Source: Candidatus Brocadiia bacterium JP1
GTDB lineage: Bacteria > Planctomycetota > Brocadiia > Brocadiales > Bathyanammoxibiaceae
Assembly (NCBI GenBank): GCA_051388875.1
Contig: JBMFFR010000002.1
Location: 283,940-347,939 of the forward strand
Direction of reading: 5' to 3'
Length of the DNA stretch: 64,000 nt
Positions 1 to 10,137 of this stretch are shown one piece after another (the first letter of the stretch is position 1; the number at the start of each line of letters is the position of its first letter). A model generated the notes under the pieces. The model searched no databases, had not been told where the DNA came from, and saw only the letters and a list, made by a program, of their open reading frames with translations. The position numbers and the translations under genes were made by a program.

Positions 1-2
1 AA

Positions 3-881
3 ATCCTCTTTAAGGAGGGAGACCCGGTAGAGGAGGGTCAACTCCTTATTGTGCTGAATAGTGAAAGATACAGGTTAAGGGTGGAAGAGAACCGCGCAAA
101 GTTAAGACGGGCAGAGGCTTCTTTAGAACTGGCCCAGAAAACCTTAGAGAGAAAGCGCCAACTATACCGGGAGGGGGTGGTTCCATTACAAGAATACGAC
201 GATGCCTTGAATGTGGTTGACCTTGCCAAGGCAAATATGGAGACGGACCAGGCCAGTCTTGCCCTTGCAGAAAAAGACCTGAAGGATACCAGCATATTTG
301 CCCCTTTCTCGGGTCTTATAGGCAAAAGGTTTGTAGAGGTGGGAGAGTACGTTAAAGAAGGGGACAAACTCTTCAATATTGTAAAGATAGACCCCATTCG
401 TGTGGAATTTTATGTGCCTGAAAGGTATATGCCATTGGTGGAGTTAGGGCGGGTGCTTAGTGTAACCGTTGAGGCCTATCCAAAAGAAGAATTTCTGGGT
501 GAAATTTATTTCGTAAATCCCAAGATTAAGCCAGAGACACGCCGCTTCCAGTGCCAGGCGAGGATAAATAACTTTGAATCCAAATTAAAGCCCGGCTTCT
601 TTGCTACCTGCAGAATAGTTCTCTCAAGAAACCCTGACGCCATTGTAATTCCGCAAGAGGCCATCCTATCTGAAGAAGGCATTAACTATTGCTTTACGGT
701 GGAGGCAGGACGGGCTAAAAAAATTATTGTAAAGCCAGGGATAAAATTGAAGGAAGGCATGATTGAAGTTGTCAATGGAGTAGAAGAGGGTACACCCGTC
801 ATAGTAAGGGGGCAGTATGCGTTAGTGGAGGGAGACAGGGTAGAACCCAGAGTTTTTGAAGTAGCTGGAGAAGGTAAGTAA
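3..881 (+). CDS. RND efflux periplasmic adaptor (membrane fusion protein, AcrA/HlyD family); 5' end cut by the window edge
   Basis: The frame is open from nt 3. It has a coiled-coil hairpin (RLRVEENRAKLRRAEASLELAQKTLERKRQLY ... DLAKANMETDQASLALAEKDL) followed by beta-barrel-type sequence. The stop lies 2 nt before an AcrB-type pump gene. Confidence 0.85.
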   Translation: MLFKEGDPVEEGQLLIVLNSERYRLRVEENRAKLRRAEASLELAQKTLERKRQLYREGVVPLQEYDDALNVVDLAKANMETDQASLALAEKDLKDTSIFAPFSGLIGKRFVEVGEYVKEGDKLFNIVKIDPIRVEFYVPERYMPLVELGRVLSVTVEAYPKEEFLGEIYFVNPKIKPETRRFQCQARINNFESKLKPGFFATCRIVLSRNPDAIVIPQEAILSEEGINYCFTVEAGRAKKIIVKPGIKLKEGMIEVVNGVEEGTPVIVRGQYALVEGDRVEPRVFEVAGEGK

Positions 882-883
882 TT

Positions 884-3800
884 ATGTTTCTTTCAGATGT
901 TTCCATAAGAAGGCCCATATTCACCACAATGATGATGGTCGGGCTAATCATTTTTGGGGTTATAGGGTACGCGCGGCTCGGCATAGACGAGTTCCCAAAT
1001 GTTGATTATCCCTACATAGGGGTGTACACCGTCCTGAGAGGTGCAAGCCCAGAAGTCATAGAGGCGGACGTAACCGATGTGCTGGAGGAGGAAATCAATG
1101 CCATCCAGGGGATTAAGAACCTCATCTCCAGCAGTTCAGAGGGTGTGTCCCTAATAGTTATAGAATTTGAACTGGGAAGGGATGTGGATGCGGCTGCTCA
1201 GGACGTCCGAGAAAAGGTGGCCATGGCCATGGAGAAACTTCCCAAGGATATAGAAAACCCGGTAGTGGAGAAGCAAGACCCTCAGACCAGACCCATGATA
1301 TGGCTGGCAATCACCGGGGATAAGAGCCTGCGGGATCTGAGTGACTACGGGCACTATGACCTGAAGCCCAAATTTGAAATCCTGGAGGGCGTTGGGTCTA
1401 TAGTAGAGGGGGCTTTTAGACAGAAAGCCATGCGGATATGGCTGGATAAAGACCGCTTAGAGGCCTATCAAGTCGCTGTGTCAGAGGTTTTGCGTGCTAT
1501 AAGGGAAAAACATGCAGAGATACCGGGAGGCAAGATAGAAGGGGATGTACTGGAGTTCTCTATAAGGACGGAGGGGGAGCTACAAACGGCCGATGAGTTT
1601 AACAACCTTATTATTGACTATCGTGGCAGTGCCCCTATCAAGCTAATAGATATAGGTTTTGCGGAAGAAGGGATGGAAGACCGCAGAATGGTAGGGAGGT
1701 ACCGTTTTGAACCAGGGATGATTGAGCCAGCCGTGGGGTTAGGCGTCAAGCGCCAGTCTGGTTCCAACACGGTGGCCGTCTCCGATAGGGTAAACGAGGT
1801 CTATGATAGGATAAGGAACTCTCTCAGGGAAGGTATAAAGATGGATGTGGCGGTGGACCGCTCTGTGTACATAAGGGCCTCTATTCGGGACATTCAAATC
1901 TCCCTTATCTCCGCTGTCGTCTTGACCGCAATGAGCGTGATCCTTTTCCTGAGGAGTTGGCTGAGTACCCTATTTATATCCCTTACCCTGCCGACCTCCT
2001 TCATGGGGACCTTTGGGATAATGTATTTCCTGGGCTTTAGCTTGAACAGTATGACCCTACTTGCCCTAAGCCTTGCGGCTGGAGAGGTGGTGGACGATGC
2101 CATAATTGTACTTGAAAACATTTTCCGCCGGAGAGAGGAGGGGGAAGACCTCCTGACCGCCTCCAGGCTGGGCACGAGCCAGGTGGCTTTTGCAGCCCTT
2201 GCTTCTACAATAAGTACTGCCGCCGTCTTTATCCCTATTGCCTTCATGAGTGGCGTAGCAGGGCGATTCTTTTATGAGTTTGGTATTACCGTAGCCTCTG
2301 CTGTATTAATATCCCTATTTGTAGCGCTCACACTCACCCCTATGCTATGCGCACGGTGGCTGAGGCTGCCTGGTAAAAACCCTGTATATAGGGCCTTGGA
2401 GTGGGCCTTCAGGAAGTTAGAGAATGCCTACCGCAAGGTGCTGGTATGGACTCTTCGTTTCAGGTATGTAGTGGTAATTATAGCTGTAGCTAGTTTTGTC
2501 GGTGGCTTTTTCCTGTATTGGAGCTTAGGGAAGGAGCTGGTAACCTCTGCTGATGAAGGTCAATTTATGATAATAGTGAAAACCCCGGTGGGGTCCTCTC
2601 TGGACTACACTAATAGCGCTATCCGTCAGATAGAAAGACTTTTGGACAATCTCCCGGAAACAAGGTCTTACTTCAGTGCGGCGGGGTTTGGGGGTGCATC
2701 GGAGATGGCAAATAGAGGCGTCATCTTTGTACACCTTACCAAATGGTGGAAGAGGGATATATCACAGAGGCAGATAGTTGACTATCTTCGTAAAGAGTTT
2801 ACAAAAATGCCGGGGTTGTTAGCTATCCCTATGGAATTTGGCGAGGCTTTTGGTGCAAGGAGGGGGTCACCTCTGGAGTTCAGCATCTCTGGACCAGACT
2901 TAACTACGCTCGTCTCACTCAATCAGGGGTTTACCACCAGATTAAAGTCCACAAAAGGAATTGTTGACGTGGACTCAGACCTTGAACTGGGGCGCCCTAC
3001 CATAAGGGTCAGTATTAACAGGGAGAAGGCAGCGGACCTGGGAGTGGACGTGGCTACAATCGGAGAGACCATAAGGGTCCTTATGGGTGGATTAGATGTG
3101 GGCAAATTTAAGAGTGAGGGTAAACGTTACGACATTATAGTAAGGCTTACAGAGCCGGAACGAGAAACCCTTCAGGACATACTGAGACTTACGGTTAAAA
3201 ATACCCGGGGAGAAATCATAGGACTAAATGATATTGTGAGTGTTGAAGAGTATAGCGGACTTAACATAATAAATAGGCGGAACCGTCAGCGCGCTGTTAC
3301 CATCTCAGCAAATCTGGAAAGGGATAAGAAATTGAGCGATGCCCTTGCAGATATGTACAGGATTGCTAAAGAAATCCTACCAGAAGATTATTCCATATCA
3401 CTATCAGGAAAGGCAGAGACCTTTGCAGAATCCTACCGTGGCCTTTTGTTCGCCTTTGTTCTTGCCACTATAATTACATACATGGTACTGGCCTCACTCT
3501 TTGATAGCTTTATCCACCCATTTACCATTATGCTTGCAGTACCACTTAGCGTTGTTGGAGGGCTTGGGATGCTAGCAGCCACGCAGAACACCCTGAATGC
3601 CTTCAGCGTCATAGGGCTTATTCTCATTATGGGTATCGTAACGAAAAACTCTATCCTCCTGGTAGACTTTACTAATGCCTTGAGGAAAGAAGGGGTGGAA
3701 AGGAATCGGGCCATTTTACAGGCCGGGCCGATACGATTGAGGCCCATCCTTATGACTGCCGTAACCACAGTTTTTGCCGCTATTCCGATAGCACTCGGCG

Positions 3801-4000
3801 TCGGCTACGGTGGTGAGACCAGAGCCCCCATGGGAATCGTTACGGGTGGTGGTATGGTATCTTCCACCCTTCTCACGCTCCTGGTAGTGCCAGTATTTTA
3901 CACGCTCCTGGATGACTTAGTAATGATAGTTACCCGAAAGGGACGCAAGAAAAGGAAATCTATAACGGGTAAAGCAGGGGTGACAACCTCTAAAGACTAA
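884..4000 (+). CDS. RND multidrug/HAE1-type efflux permease (AcrB/AcrD/AcrF family)
   Basis: The 1038-aa product has N-terminal MFLSDVSIRRPIFTTMMM, two large periplasmic loops and two 6-TM bundles, as expected for AcrB-like pumps. It is directly coupled to the adaptor gene. Confidence 0.92.
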   Translation: MFLSDVSIRRPIFTTMMMVGLIIFGVIGYARLGIDEFPNVDYPYIGVYTVLRGASPEVIEADVTDVLEEEINAIQGIKNLISSSSEGVSLIVIEFELGRDVDAAAQDVREKVAMAMEKLPKDIENPVVEKQDPQTRPMIWLAITGDKSLRDLSDYGHYDLKPKFEILEGVGSIVEGAFRQKAMRIWLDKDRLEAYQVAVSEVLRAIREKHAEIPGGKIEGDVLEFSIRTEGELQTADEFNNLIIDYRGSAPIKLIDIGFAEEGMEDRRMVGRYRFEPGMIEPAVGLGVKRQSGSNTVAVSDRVNEVYDRIRNSLREGIKMDVAVDRSVYIRASIRDIQISLISAVVLTAMSVILFLRSWLSTLFISLTLPTSFMGTFGIMYFLGFSLNSMTLLALSLAAGEVVDDAIIVLENIFRRREEGEDLLTASRLGTSQVAFAALASTISTAAVFIPIAFMSGVAGRFFYEFGITVASAVLISLFVALTLTPMLCARWLRLPGKNPVYRALEWAFRKLENAYRKVLVWTLRFRYVVVIIAVASFVGGFFLYWSLGKELVTSADEGQFMIIVKTPVGSSLDYTNSAIRQIERLLDNLPETRSYFSAAGFGGASEMANRGVIFVHLTKWWKRDISQRQIVDYLRKEFTKMPGLLAIPMEFGEAFGARRGSPLEFSISGPDLTTLVSLNQGFTTRLKSTKGIVDVDSDLELGRPTIRVSINREKAADLGVDVATIGETIRVLMGGLDVGKFKSEGKRYDIIVRLTEPERETLQDILRLTVKNTRGEIIGLNDIVSVEEYSGLNIINRRNRQRAVTISANLERDKKLSDALADMYRIAKEILPEDYSISLSGKAETFAESYRGLLFAFVLATIITYMVLASLFDSFIHPFTIMLAVPLSVVGGLGMLAATQNTLNAFSVIGLILIMGIVTKNSILLVDFTNALRKEGVERNRAILQAGPIRLRPILMTAVTTVFAAIPIALGVGYGGETRAPMGIVTGGGMVSSTLLTLLVVPVFYTLLDDLVMIVTRKGRKKRKSITGKAGVTTSKD

Positions 4001-4001
4001 T

Positions 4002-4796
4002 ATGTCCCTGGCCATCATAATCCTTACAAAAGAAGGTCTTCAAGTAGCCGAGCGGCTAAAAATGGACTTGCCAGAAGGGGACCTTTACGTGGTGGAGGGC
4101 CTCTGGCAGGCCGAATGGGCGGGCTTAAAATCTACCCCTAACGTCTTTTCAGGTATTGGTAAACTGGTTGGAGATATATTTCATAAATATGATGGATTCG
4201 TATTTATTATGGCCCTGGGCTTAGTTATTAGGGCCATTGCACCTTACATAAAGGACAAGTACACAGACCCCGCCGTGGTGGTGGTAGATGACGTCGGGCG
4301 ATTCGTCATTAGTGCCTTATCCGGCCATGAGGGTGGTGCCAATCAACTGGCATCCAGAGTAGCCTCTAGTTTATGTACGGAAGCCGTAATTACAACTGGA
4401 ACTGAGGCCAGAAAAGATATAATAATAGGTTTTGGTTGTAGTGCTACCTCTACAAGTGAAAAAATTAGGCATGCAATAATGGAGGGACTCAAGCTTGCTC
4501 AAATTCCACTAGAAAGGGTTAGGCTCTTGACTACAATAAAAGAGCGGGCCAGTCTACCAGAGGTGCACAAGGCCGCCCTGGAACTGGGAATACCCATAAG
4601 GGTTTTCCCGCGTGAGGAAATAGCAACTTGTATTAAAGAATACTCAAGTTCTGAATTTGTGAAGGAAAAAATTGGTATTGGAGGGGTTTGTGAACCAACA
4701 GCCCTCCTTGCCGGGAGGAAGACCAGATTAATACTCAGAAAACAACACTTCTCAGGAGTAACAGTAGCCATAACACAGGAAAACTTAACGTGGTAG
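4002..4796 (+). CDS. cbiG: Cobalt-precorrin-5A hydrolase CbiG
   Basis: It shows a CbiG N-domain pattern (FIMALGLVIRAIAPYIKDKYTDPAVVVVDDVGRFVISALSGHEGGAN) and a CbiG C-domain pattern (IGFGCS...RLLTTIKERASLPEVHKAALELGIP). The start is 1 nt after the RND stop. Confidence 0.85.
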   Translation: MSLAIIILTKEGLQVAERLKMDLPEGDLYVVEGLWQAEWAGLKSTPNVFSGIGKLVGDIFHKYDGFVFIMALGLVIRAIAPYIKDKYTDPAVVVVDDVGRFVISALSGHEGGANQLASRVASSLCTEAVITTGTEARKDIIIGFGCSATSTSEKIRHAIMEGLKLAQIPLERVRLLTTIKERASLPEVHKAALELGIPIRVFPREEIATCIKEYSSSEFVKEKIGIGGVCEPTALLAGRKTRLILRKQHFSGVTVAITQENLTW

Positions 4797-5512
4797 GTAT
4801 AGGCCCAGGGGCTAAGGAAGATATGACCCTGCGCGCCAGCACAACACTGTTGAGTTCGGATATAATTGTTGGTTATAAAACGTATTTAGAAATAATAAAA
4901 GAGGTGATAAAAGACAAACCCACCATTTTCTCAGGCATGGGGGAGGAGAGGGAGAGATGCCAGGCGGCACTTAATGAAGCCTCACAAGGAAAGGTGACCT
5001 CGTTAGTCTCAAGCGGTGACCCAGGAGTGTATGGTATGGCGGGGCTGATGCTTGAAATATCCAGTTCCACCGGCTCCACCATACCCGTTGAGGTAATCCC
5101 AGGCGTACCTGCCTCTTATGCAGCTGCTGCACTGCTTGGCGCACCACTAGCCCATGACCACGCCATTATCAGCCTGAGCGACCTACTTACACCCTGGGAA
5201 CTAATTGAAAAGAGGCTCAGACTTGCCGCCCAGGGCGATTTCTCTATAGTCTTATATAATCCTAAAAGCTCCCAGAGAACCTGGCAGATTGAAAGGACCA
5301 GGGAAATCTTGTTGGAATACTTCCCACCCACCCTCCCAGTAGGTATCGTAAAGCAGGCAGGAAGGCCGGGCCAAGCCGTTACCGTAACTACCCTCGGTAA
5401 TATGCTTGAATCTTCAATAGAAATAGATATGAATACCATTATAATTACTGGAAATTCTACCACCTTTGTTTACAATGGTCTTATGATTACCAAGCGGGGT
5501 TATAAGTTATGA
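4790..5512 (+). CDS. cbiH: Cobalt-precorrin-3B / precorrin-3B C17-methyltransferase (CbiH/CobJ)
   Basis: It is a tetrapyrrole methylase: VGIGPG..EDMTLRA...SDIIVGYKTY, SSGDPGVYGMAG. The GTG start overlaps the cbiG end. Confidence 0.88.
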   Translation: MVGIGPGAKEDMTLRASTTLLSSDIIVGYKTYLEIIKEVIKDKPTIFSGMGEERERCQAALNEASQGKVTSLVSSGDPGVYGMAGLMLEISSSTGSTIPVEVIPGVPASYAAAALLGAPLAHDHAIISLSDLLTPWELIEKRLRLAAQGDFSIVLYNPKSSQRTWQIERTREILLEYFPPTLPVGIVKQAGRPGQAVTVTTLGNMLESSIEIDMNTIIITGNSTTFVYNGLMITKRGYKL

Positions 5513-6261
5513 TACTGGTGATGTCTGGTACATCCGATGGAAGGGAGTTGGTCAAAGAGCTAAACAAGAGGGGGAAGAAGCTCATTACTACCGTGGCCAC
5601 CTCTTATGGGGCATCTCTATTTGATGATATGGGGCTAGGTGACCTCTGTATTGAAGGTAAACTAGATAAAGAGGGCTTGGTAAAATTAATTGAAGAAAAA
5701 GGTATTAACACAGTAGTAGATGCCACCCATCCGTACGCTAAAGAAGCATCTAAAAACGCCATAGAAGCATGTAAGACCAAGGGGGTTAAATACATACGAT
5801 TTGAGAGGGACTCTACCACTTTACCAAAGTCCCCTTTAATACACCTAGTTGATGACCTGGAAAGTGCCGTAGAACTCTCTGGCTCCCTGGGTAATCGCAT
5901 CTTGGTAACTACCGGGTATAATAGCTTAGTAAGCTTTGTAAGGTTGAAGAACAAAAACGACCTCGTCGTGCGTATTCTGCCAATACCTGAGCACATCCAG
6001 GGCTGTATAAAGTTGGGTATAGACCCATGGAATATACTCGCCTTACAAGGCCCGTTCTCCAAAGAATTTAACCGCGCTACAATAAGAGAATTTAACATTG
6101 ACGTTGTAGTTACCAAGGACGGTGGAGAAGAGGCCAAGACATCGGAAAAAATAGACGCCTGCCTGGAAGAGGGCATACCCATTGTTATCCTCCGAAGGCC
6201 AAGTCTTGATTACCCTAATGTATGCTCTAGCATAGAAGATGTCCTTGAAAAGGTTAACTGA
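5509..6261 (+). CDS. cbiJ: Cobalt-precorrin-6A / precorrin-6x reductase (CbiJ/CobK)
   Basis: It has N-terminal ILVMSGTSDGRELV, DATHPYA and VVTKDGG motifs, and a 4-nt overlap with cbiH. Confidence 0.85.
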   Translation: MILVMSGTSDGRELVKELNKRGKKLITTVATSYGASLFDDMGLGDLCIEGKLDKEGLVKLIEEKGINTVVDATHPYAKEASKNAIEACKTKGVKYIRFERDSTTLPKSPLIHLVDDLESAVELSGSLGNRILVTTGYNSLVSFVRLKNKNDLVVRILPIPEHIQGCIKLGIDPWNILALQGPFSKEFNRATIREFNIDVVVTKDGGEEAKTSEKIDACLEEGIPIVILRRPSLDYPNVCSSIEDVLEKVN

Positions 6262-6395
6262 TTGGGAGGTTCGGTAGTAGGGATTAGGGCTTTGCCAAAC
6301 TTTTGCATCTCTTTTTATACAAACACTTCCAAAGTTTTGGTTTCAAAAGTAGCTAAAGCTTAAAAATTACATAGTTAAACTATTGGGAGACAAAC

Positions 6396-6755
6396 ATGCA
6401 CATTGCACTTGATGCCATTGGGTTGATACTCTCCTCGGTAGCTCTTTATTTTGTGATTGCAGCCAGGGGTGGAAAACTAAAGCTTATCAATCGGAGTATT
6501 TTTTTCCTTTCCCTTGACGTTGGTTGTGACGTGCTTGAGGATTTGTTGCGGTGGTGGAAAGGGATTATGTTCACACCAGAGGGCATCTCCCTGGAAATTC
6601 TTTCCTTGGCATTGACAGCGATGGCCCTTTACTATGTTGCATCAGGTAAATACAAGGAAGAAAAAACCCCCTTCAATGTGGCTAGCTGGTGTATGGCATG
6701 GGTTGTCCTGGGAGAATTCTCTGAATTCATTTTCGGGCTTATAATGGGAGAATAA
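6396..6755 (+). CDS. Small integral membrane protein, unknown function
   Basis: The 119-aa ORF has about 4 hydrophobic segments and GGGAGA 6 nt upstream of the ATG. I recognise no family. Confidence 0.55.
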   Translation: MHIALDAIGLILSSVALYFVIAARGGKLKLINRSIFFLSLDVGCDVLEDLLRWWKGIMFTPEGISLEILSLALTAMALYYVASGKYKEEKTPFNVASWCMAWVVLGEFSEFIFGLIMGE

Positions 6756-7014
6756 GATTTAACAAACTTAGAGAGAGGTTCTGTTGCGAAATAGTGTCCG
6801 GTTTCCAGACAGCCTTCATTGACAAAATCTAAGCCTTTGCTAAAATGTCCTTAGAGTTGAGTTTTAGCGCAAAGTTATTATTTTTCCGTTTGATGACGAA
6901 TCAGTAAAAAAAGCCGCCAATTACTTACTGTTGTTTTGGAGAGTTTAAAATATGCAGAAATTCTTGTTTTTTCTTATCTTTTCAATTTTTACGATATTTT
7001 CGGAAGGAGAAATA

Positions 7015-7659
7015 ATGGCCGAACAGACTAAGTTTAACAAGGCCTTCTTTGAAGAAGTAGAACCCATAAAGCTAGTTGATCCCTTGGCAGTGGTGCTCGG
7101 GGCTATAGATAAGGGAGAACCATTGGTTTATACTTATGGAGATGCCATAAAGATGGCTGGTCATTCTTGCCCTGCCGTCTCAGGGGCCTATAAGCTTACC
7201 CAGGTAGCCCTTAAAGACCTTTACAAAGACAAAACACCTGTAAGGGGCGAAATAAAGATAACCTTCAGGGGAGGGGTGGACTACAAAGTTAATGGCCCAA
7301 TCTCCCAGGTAGTATCCCTGATAACGGGGGCAGCACCAGAAAGCGGCTTTGGTGGACTCGGCGGCGGGAAGTTCAACAGAAAAAACCTCTTAAGTTTTGA
7401 CGAAAAGGATGAGCCTAACCCTGCCTGCGTATGTTCTGTAGTCTTTGAGAGGATGGATACCGGCAAAAAAATAGAAATCACCTACTCCAAGCATATGCTT
7501 GATGCAGACCCCAAAATAGCAGACCTCATGCCCAGGACAGTAAAAGGTATAGCCAGTGACGTAGAACAAAAGGAGTTTGGAAACCTCTGGCATGAACAAA
7601 TAAAGACTATACTCCTCAATCCCCCGGACGGGATGTTTGTTATAAAAGAGGTAAAGTAG
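7015..7659 (+). CDS. Hypothetical protein, possibly FmdE-like
   Basis: The ORF-track start is 6952, but GGAAGGAG sits 6 nt before the ATG at 7015. The AGHSCPAVSGAY segment resembles the GHxCPG core of FmdE-family proteins. This family call is weak. Confidence 0.5.
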   Translation: MAEQTKFNKAFFEEVEPIKLVDPLAVVLGAIDKGEPLVYTYGDAIKMAGHSCPAVSGAYKLTQVALKDLYKDKTPVRGEIKITFRGGVDYKVNGPISQVVSLITGAAPESGFGGLGGGKFNRKNLLSFDEKDEPNPACVCSVVFERMDTGKKIEITYSKHMLDADPKIADLMPRTVKGIASDVEQKEFGNLWHEQIKTILLNPPDGMFVIKEVK

Positions 7660-7816
7660 TAAAGGGTCTTAGAACCCTTTGCATTCCTTCCACTCTGGCA
7701 AGGGTTCTTTTGATTAATCAGGCTCAAATAAGTCCAAAAGACCTAAAGCAAGAAGGATTATCGCCTGGAAGGAATCTGAACCGGTTACAAAAGCCCAACT
7801 TAAAAGATTTTACAAG

Positions 7817-8740
7817 ATGAACTCCTCTACGGCCATTTTTGTCGTAACATTTTGGTTTTTAACGACGGTCATTTGCGAGGCTACTGCTCAGGAGCAAATA
7901 GCCACCTCTCAAGACGACTACCAAAAAGGGATAGAACTTCTGGAACAAGGTAAGGTGGATGAGGCATTACCCTTGCTACAAAAGTTGGTAGAAAAAGAGC
8001 CGAGAAAGGCAGAACACCACCTCAGCCTCGCACAGGCCTACGCCAAAAAGAGACGATTGGACGAGGCGATTAAAGCCTATCAGAAATACTCAGAACTCAA
8101 CCCCACCGACGCCCTGACCTATAACAACATGGGTGTGCTATATAACATTAAAAACATGCCCAGAGAGGCAATAGACTCTTACAAAAAGGCTATAGAGGTT
8201 AACCCCAAGTTCATAGACGCCTATAATAATCTTGCCGTACTATTCCTCAAACACGGGTGGCACACCGAAGCTAGAGAAACCCTTGAGAAAGCTCTAGAGA
8301 TAGACCCCAAAAATCCCCACGTACACTTCCACCTTGGCATCCTACATACTCAGGAGCGGGCAGTTGAGGCAGCCATAAATGAATACATCAATGCTATTGA
8401 GATGGACCCCAAGTACGTAGAGGCATATAACAACCTTGGAATCCTCCTGGAAGGCGAAGGTAACCCGGACGAAGCAGTAAAGTTGTGGAATAAGGCCATT
8501 GAGATAGACCCTAAATTTGTGGATGCTTACCACAATCTGGGCTCATATTACTTTGGTATAAAAAACTATAATGAGGCGATGTCAGTCTGGAAAAAAATGC
8601 AGGAATTAAACCCTGATGACTTATGGGCTTACTACTATCTTGCCGCTACTTACAAACAGCTTAAAATGACCAAAGAGGCTGAAGAGGCCAATGCAAAGTT
8701 TGAGGAGTTGAGAAGAAAGGCAGGGGTAGAACTAGAGTAA
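7817..8740 (+). CDS. Tetratricopeptide (TPR) repeat protein, secreted
   Basis: It has an N-terminal signal-like segment and then about 7 consecutive 34-aa TPR units (A..Y.KA.E.NP....AY.NLG). Confidence 0.85.
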   Translation: MNSSTAIFVVTFWFLTTVICEATAQEQIATSQDDYQKGIELLEQGKVDEALPLLQKLVEKEPRKAEHHLSLAQAYAKKRRLDEAIKAYQKYSELNPTDALTYNNMGVLYNIKNMPREAIDSYKKAIEVNPKFIDAYNNLAVLFLKHGWHTEARETLEKALEIDPKNPHVHFHLGILHTQERAVEAAINEYINAIEMDPKYVEAYNNLGILLEGEGNPDEAVKLWNKAIEIDPKFVDAYHNLGSYYFGIKNYNEAMSVWKKMQELNPDDLWAYYYLAATYKQLKMTKEAEEANAKFEELRRKAGVELE

Positions 8741-8910
8741 GCCAAATCTAAGGAATGCGAACCTGGAGCCATTTTAATCAGATAACCCCCATGGGTAGGC
8801 TTTTGACCTAATTTATAAGTGATGAATAAGAATCAGTAAAAGCTTTACAGACCCGAATTTTTTTCTCCCGCTTCAAAAAGGCAAACAAACCACACTACCC
8901 ATAAAAAACT

Positions 8911-9894
8911 ATGGCCCTAACCGAGCTATTCATGCAGTCCTTTGACAAATTCATGATTTGGTGGAAGCCCCCCAAAAAGAGCCGCATACCCCAAAGGCCC
9001 ACAAGCCAGAACTTTGAATACTACATGGATAGTCAATTCATAAATGCCCCAGAACTTTTTTATGAAAGACCACAAAGAGTGCCCATATTTTCAAACCAGC
9101 TAGCCTCAAAGACCAAACACTATGAGCTTTACAAGTTAGAATGCGAGACCTGCACTTCAAGCGAATATAAAGAAAACAACAAAATTCACCTAGAATACTT
9201 TAAAGTCAAACAGAGTCCAAAGGTTTTACTCACATTACACGGCTGGGGTCTCAGAAAGAGAGAGGTGGAAAAGACCCTCAGCGAACACCTGGCGAAACAA
9301 GGGATTAGCTCAATAGTAATTATCCTCCCCTATCATATGGAAAGGGCACCCCTGGGCACATGGAGCGGGGAGTATTTCCTATCTGGCAACATAAATCGGA
9401 CAATTGAGGCCGTCAGGCAGACCGTTACGGAGATAAGCTATCTAATAAACTTCTTTAAAGAAAAATATGCCCTTATCGGCCTTTACGGCCCGAGTTTAGG
9501 GGGCATCCTTGCCCACATAGCCATGGCCGCCGAAGACAGACTGGACTTCGGCATATCAGTGCTCGCAGGGGGCAACCCCGCCGGCGTTGTCTGGGATGGC
9601 CTCATGACCCAATACGTACGACGTGATATAGAACTGGCTGGACTCAGCCGTCAGGAACTGGAAAAGCTATGGCAGGTAATAGACCCTGCCACCCTACCTT
9701 GTAAACTAAAAAAAGACAGATTGCTTATGATAAACGGAAAATACGACCAGATAATTCCCCCCATCTACTCTCAACAACTATGGGAACACCTAGACCACCC
9801 AGAGATAATATGGTACCCCTGCGCCCATTATAGTATGTATTTTTTTATCCAGAAACTTTTTAGAGATATATCAGACTTTATAAAAGCCCTCTGA
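8911..9894 (+). CDS. Alpha/beta-fold hydrolase
   Basis: It has an HGWG oxyanion-type motif and a nucleophile elbow GPSLGG (GxSxG). Length and order fit an alpha/beta hydrolase. Confidence 0.65.
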   Translation: MALTELFMQSFDKFMIWWKPPKKSRIPQRPTSQNFEYYMDSQFINAPELFYERPQRVPIFSNQLASKTKHYELYKLECETCTSSEYKENNKIHLEYFKVKQSPKVLLTLHGWGLRKREVEKTLSEHLAKQGISSIVIILPYHMERAPLGTWSGEYFLSGNINRTIEAVRQTVTEISYLINFFKEKYALIGLYGPSLGGILAHIAMAAEDRLDFGISVLAGGNPAGVVWDGLMTQYVRRDIELAGLSRQELEKLWQVIDPATLPCKLKKDRLLMINGKYDQIIPPIYSQQLWEHLDHPEIIWYPCAHYSMYFFIQKLFRDISDFIKAL

Positions 9895-10137
9895 GAGATT
9901 AAATACTTTTCCGCTGCCTGAGCAGAAAGCCCCCGGTCTTAAAATTGCCCGCAAAATGCATGGCGTAAGTATCTCTTTCTCTAGCTTCATAGACTCCCCA
10001 AGCCCGTATCTTTGGGGGCATCTTGCACTTTTTAACAGGAATCTTAAGACGCTACCAAACAAAGTTATTCATTACGATTATGGTTCTTTTTACCCTTATA
10101 TACTACCGTGTACTCCTCCCGCCCTCTAGAAACTTTT

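Noticed and set aside
3960-4010. A cobalamin riboswitch ahead of cbiG
   Set aside because: There is only 1 nt between the RND pump stop and the cbiG start, so no space exists for a riboswitch.
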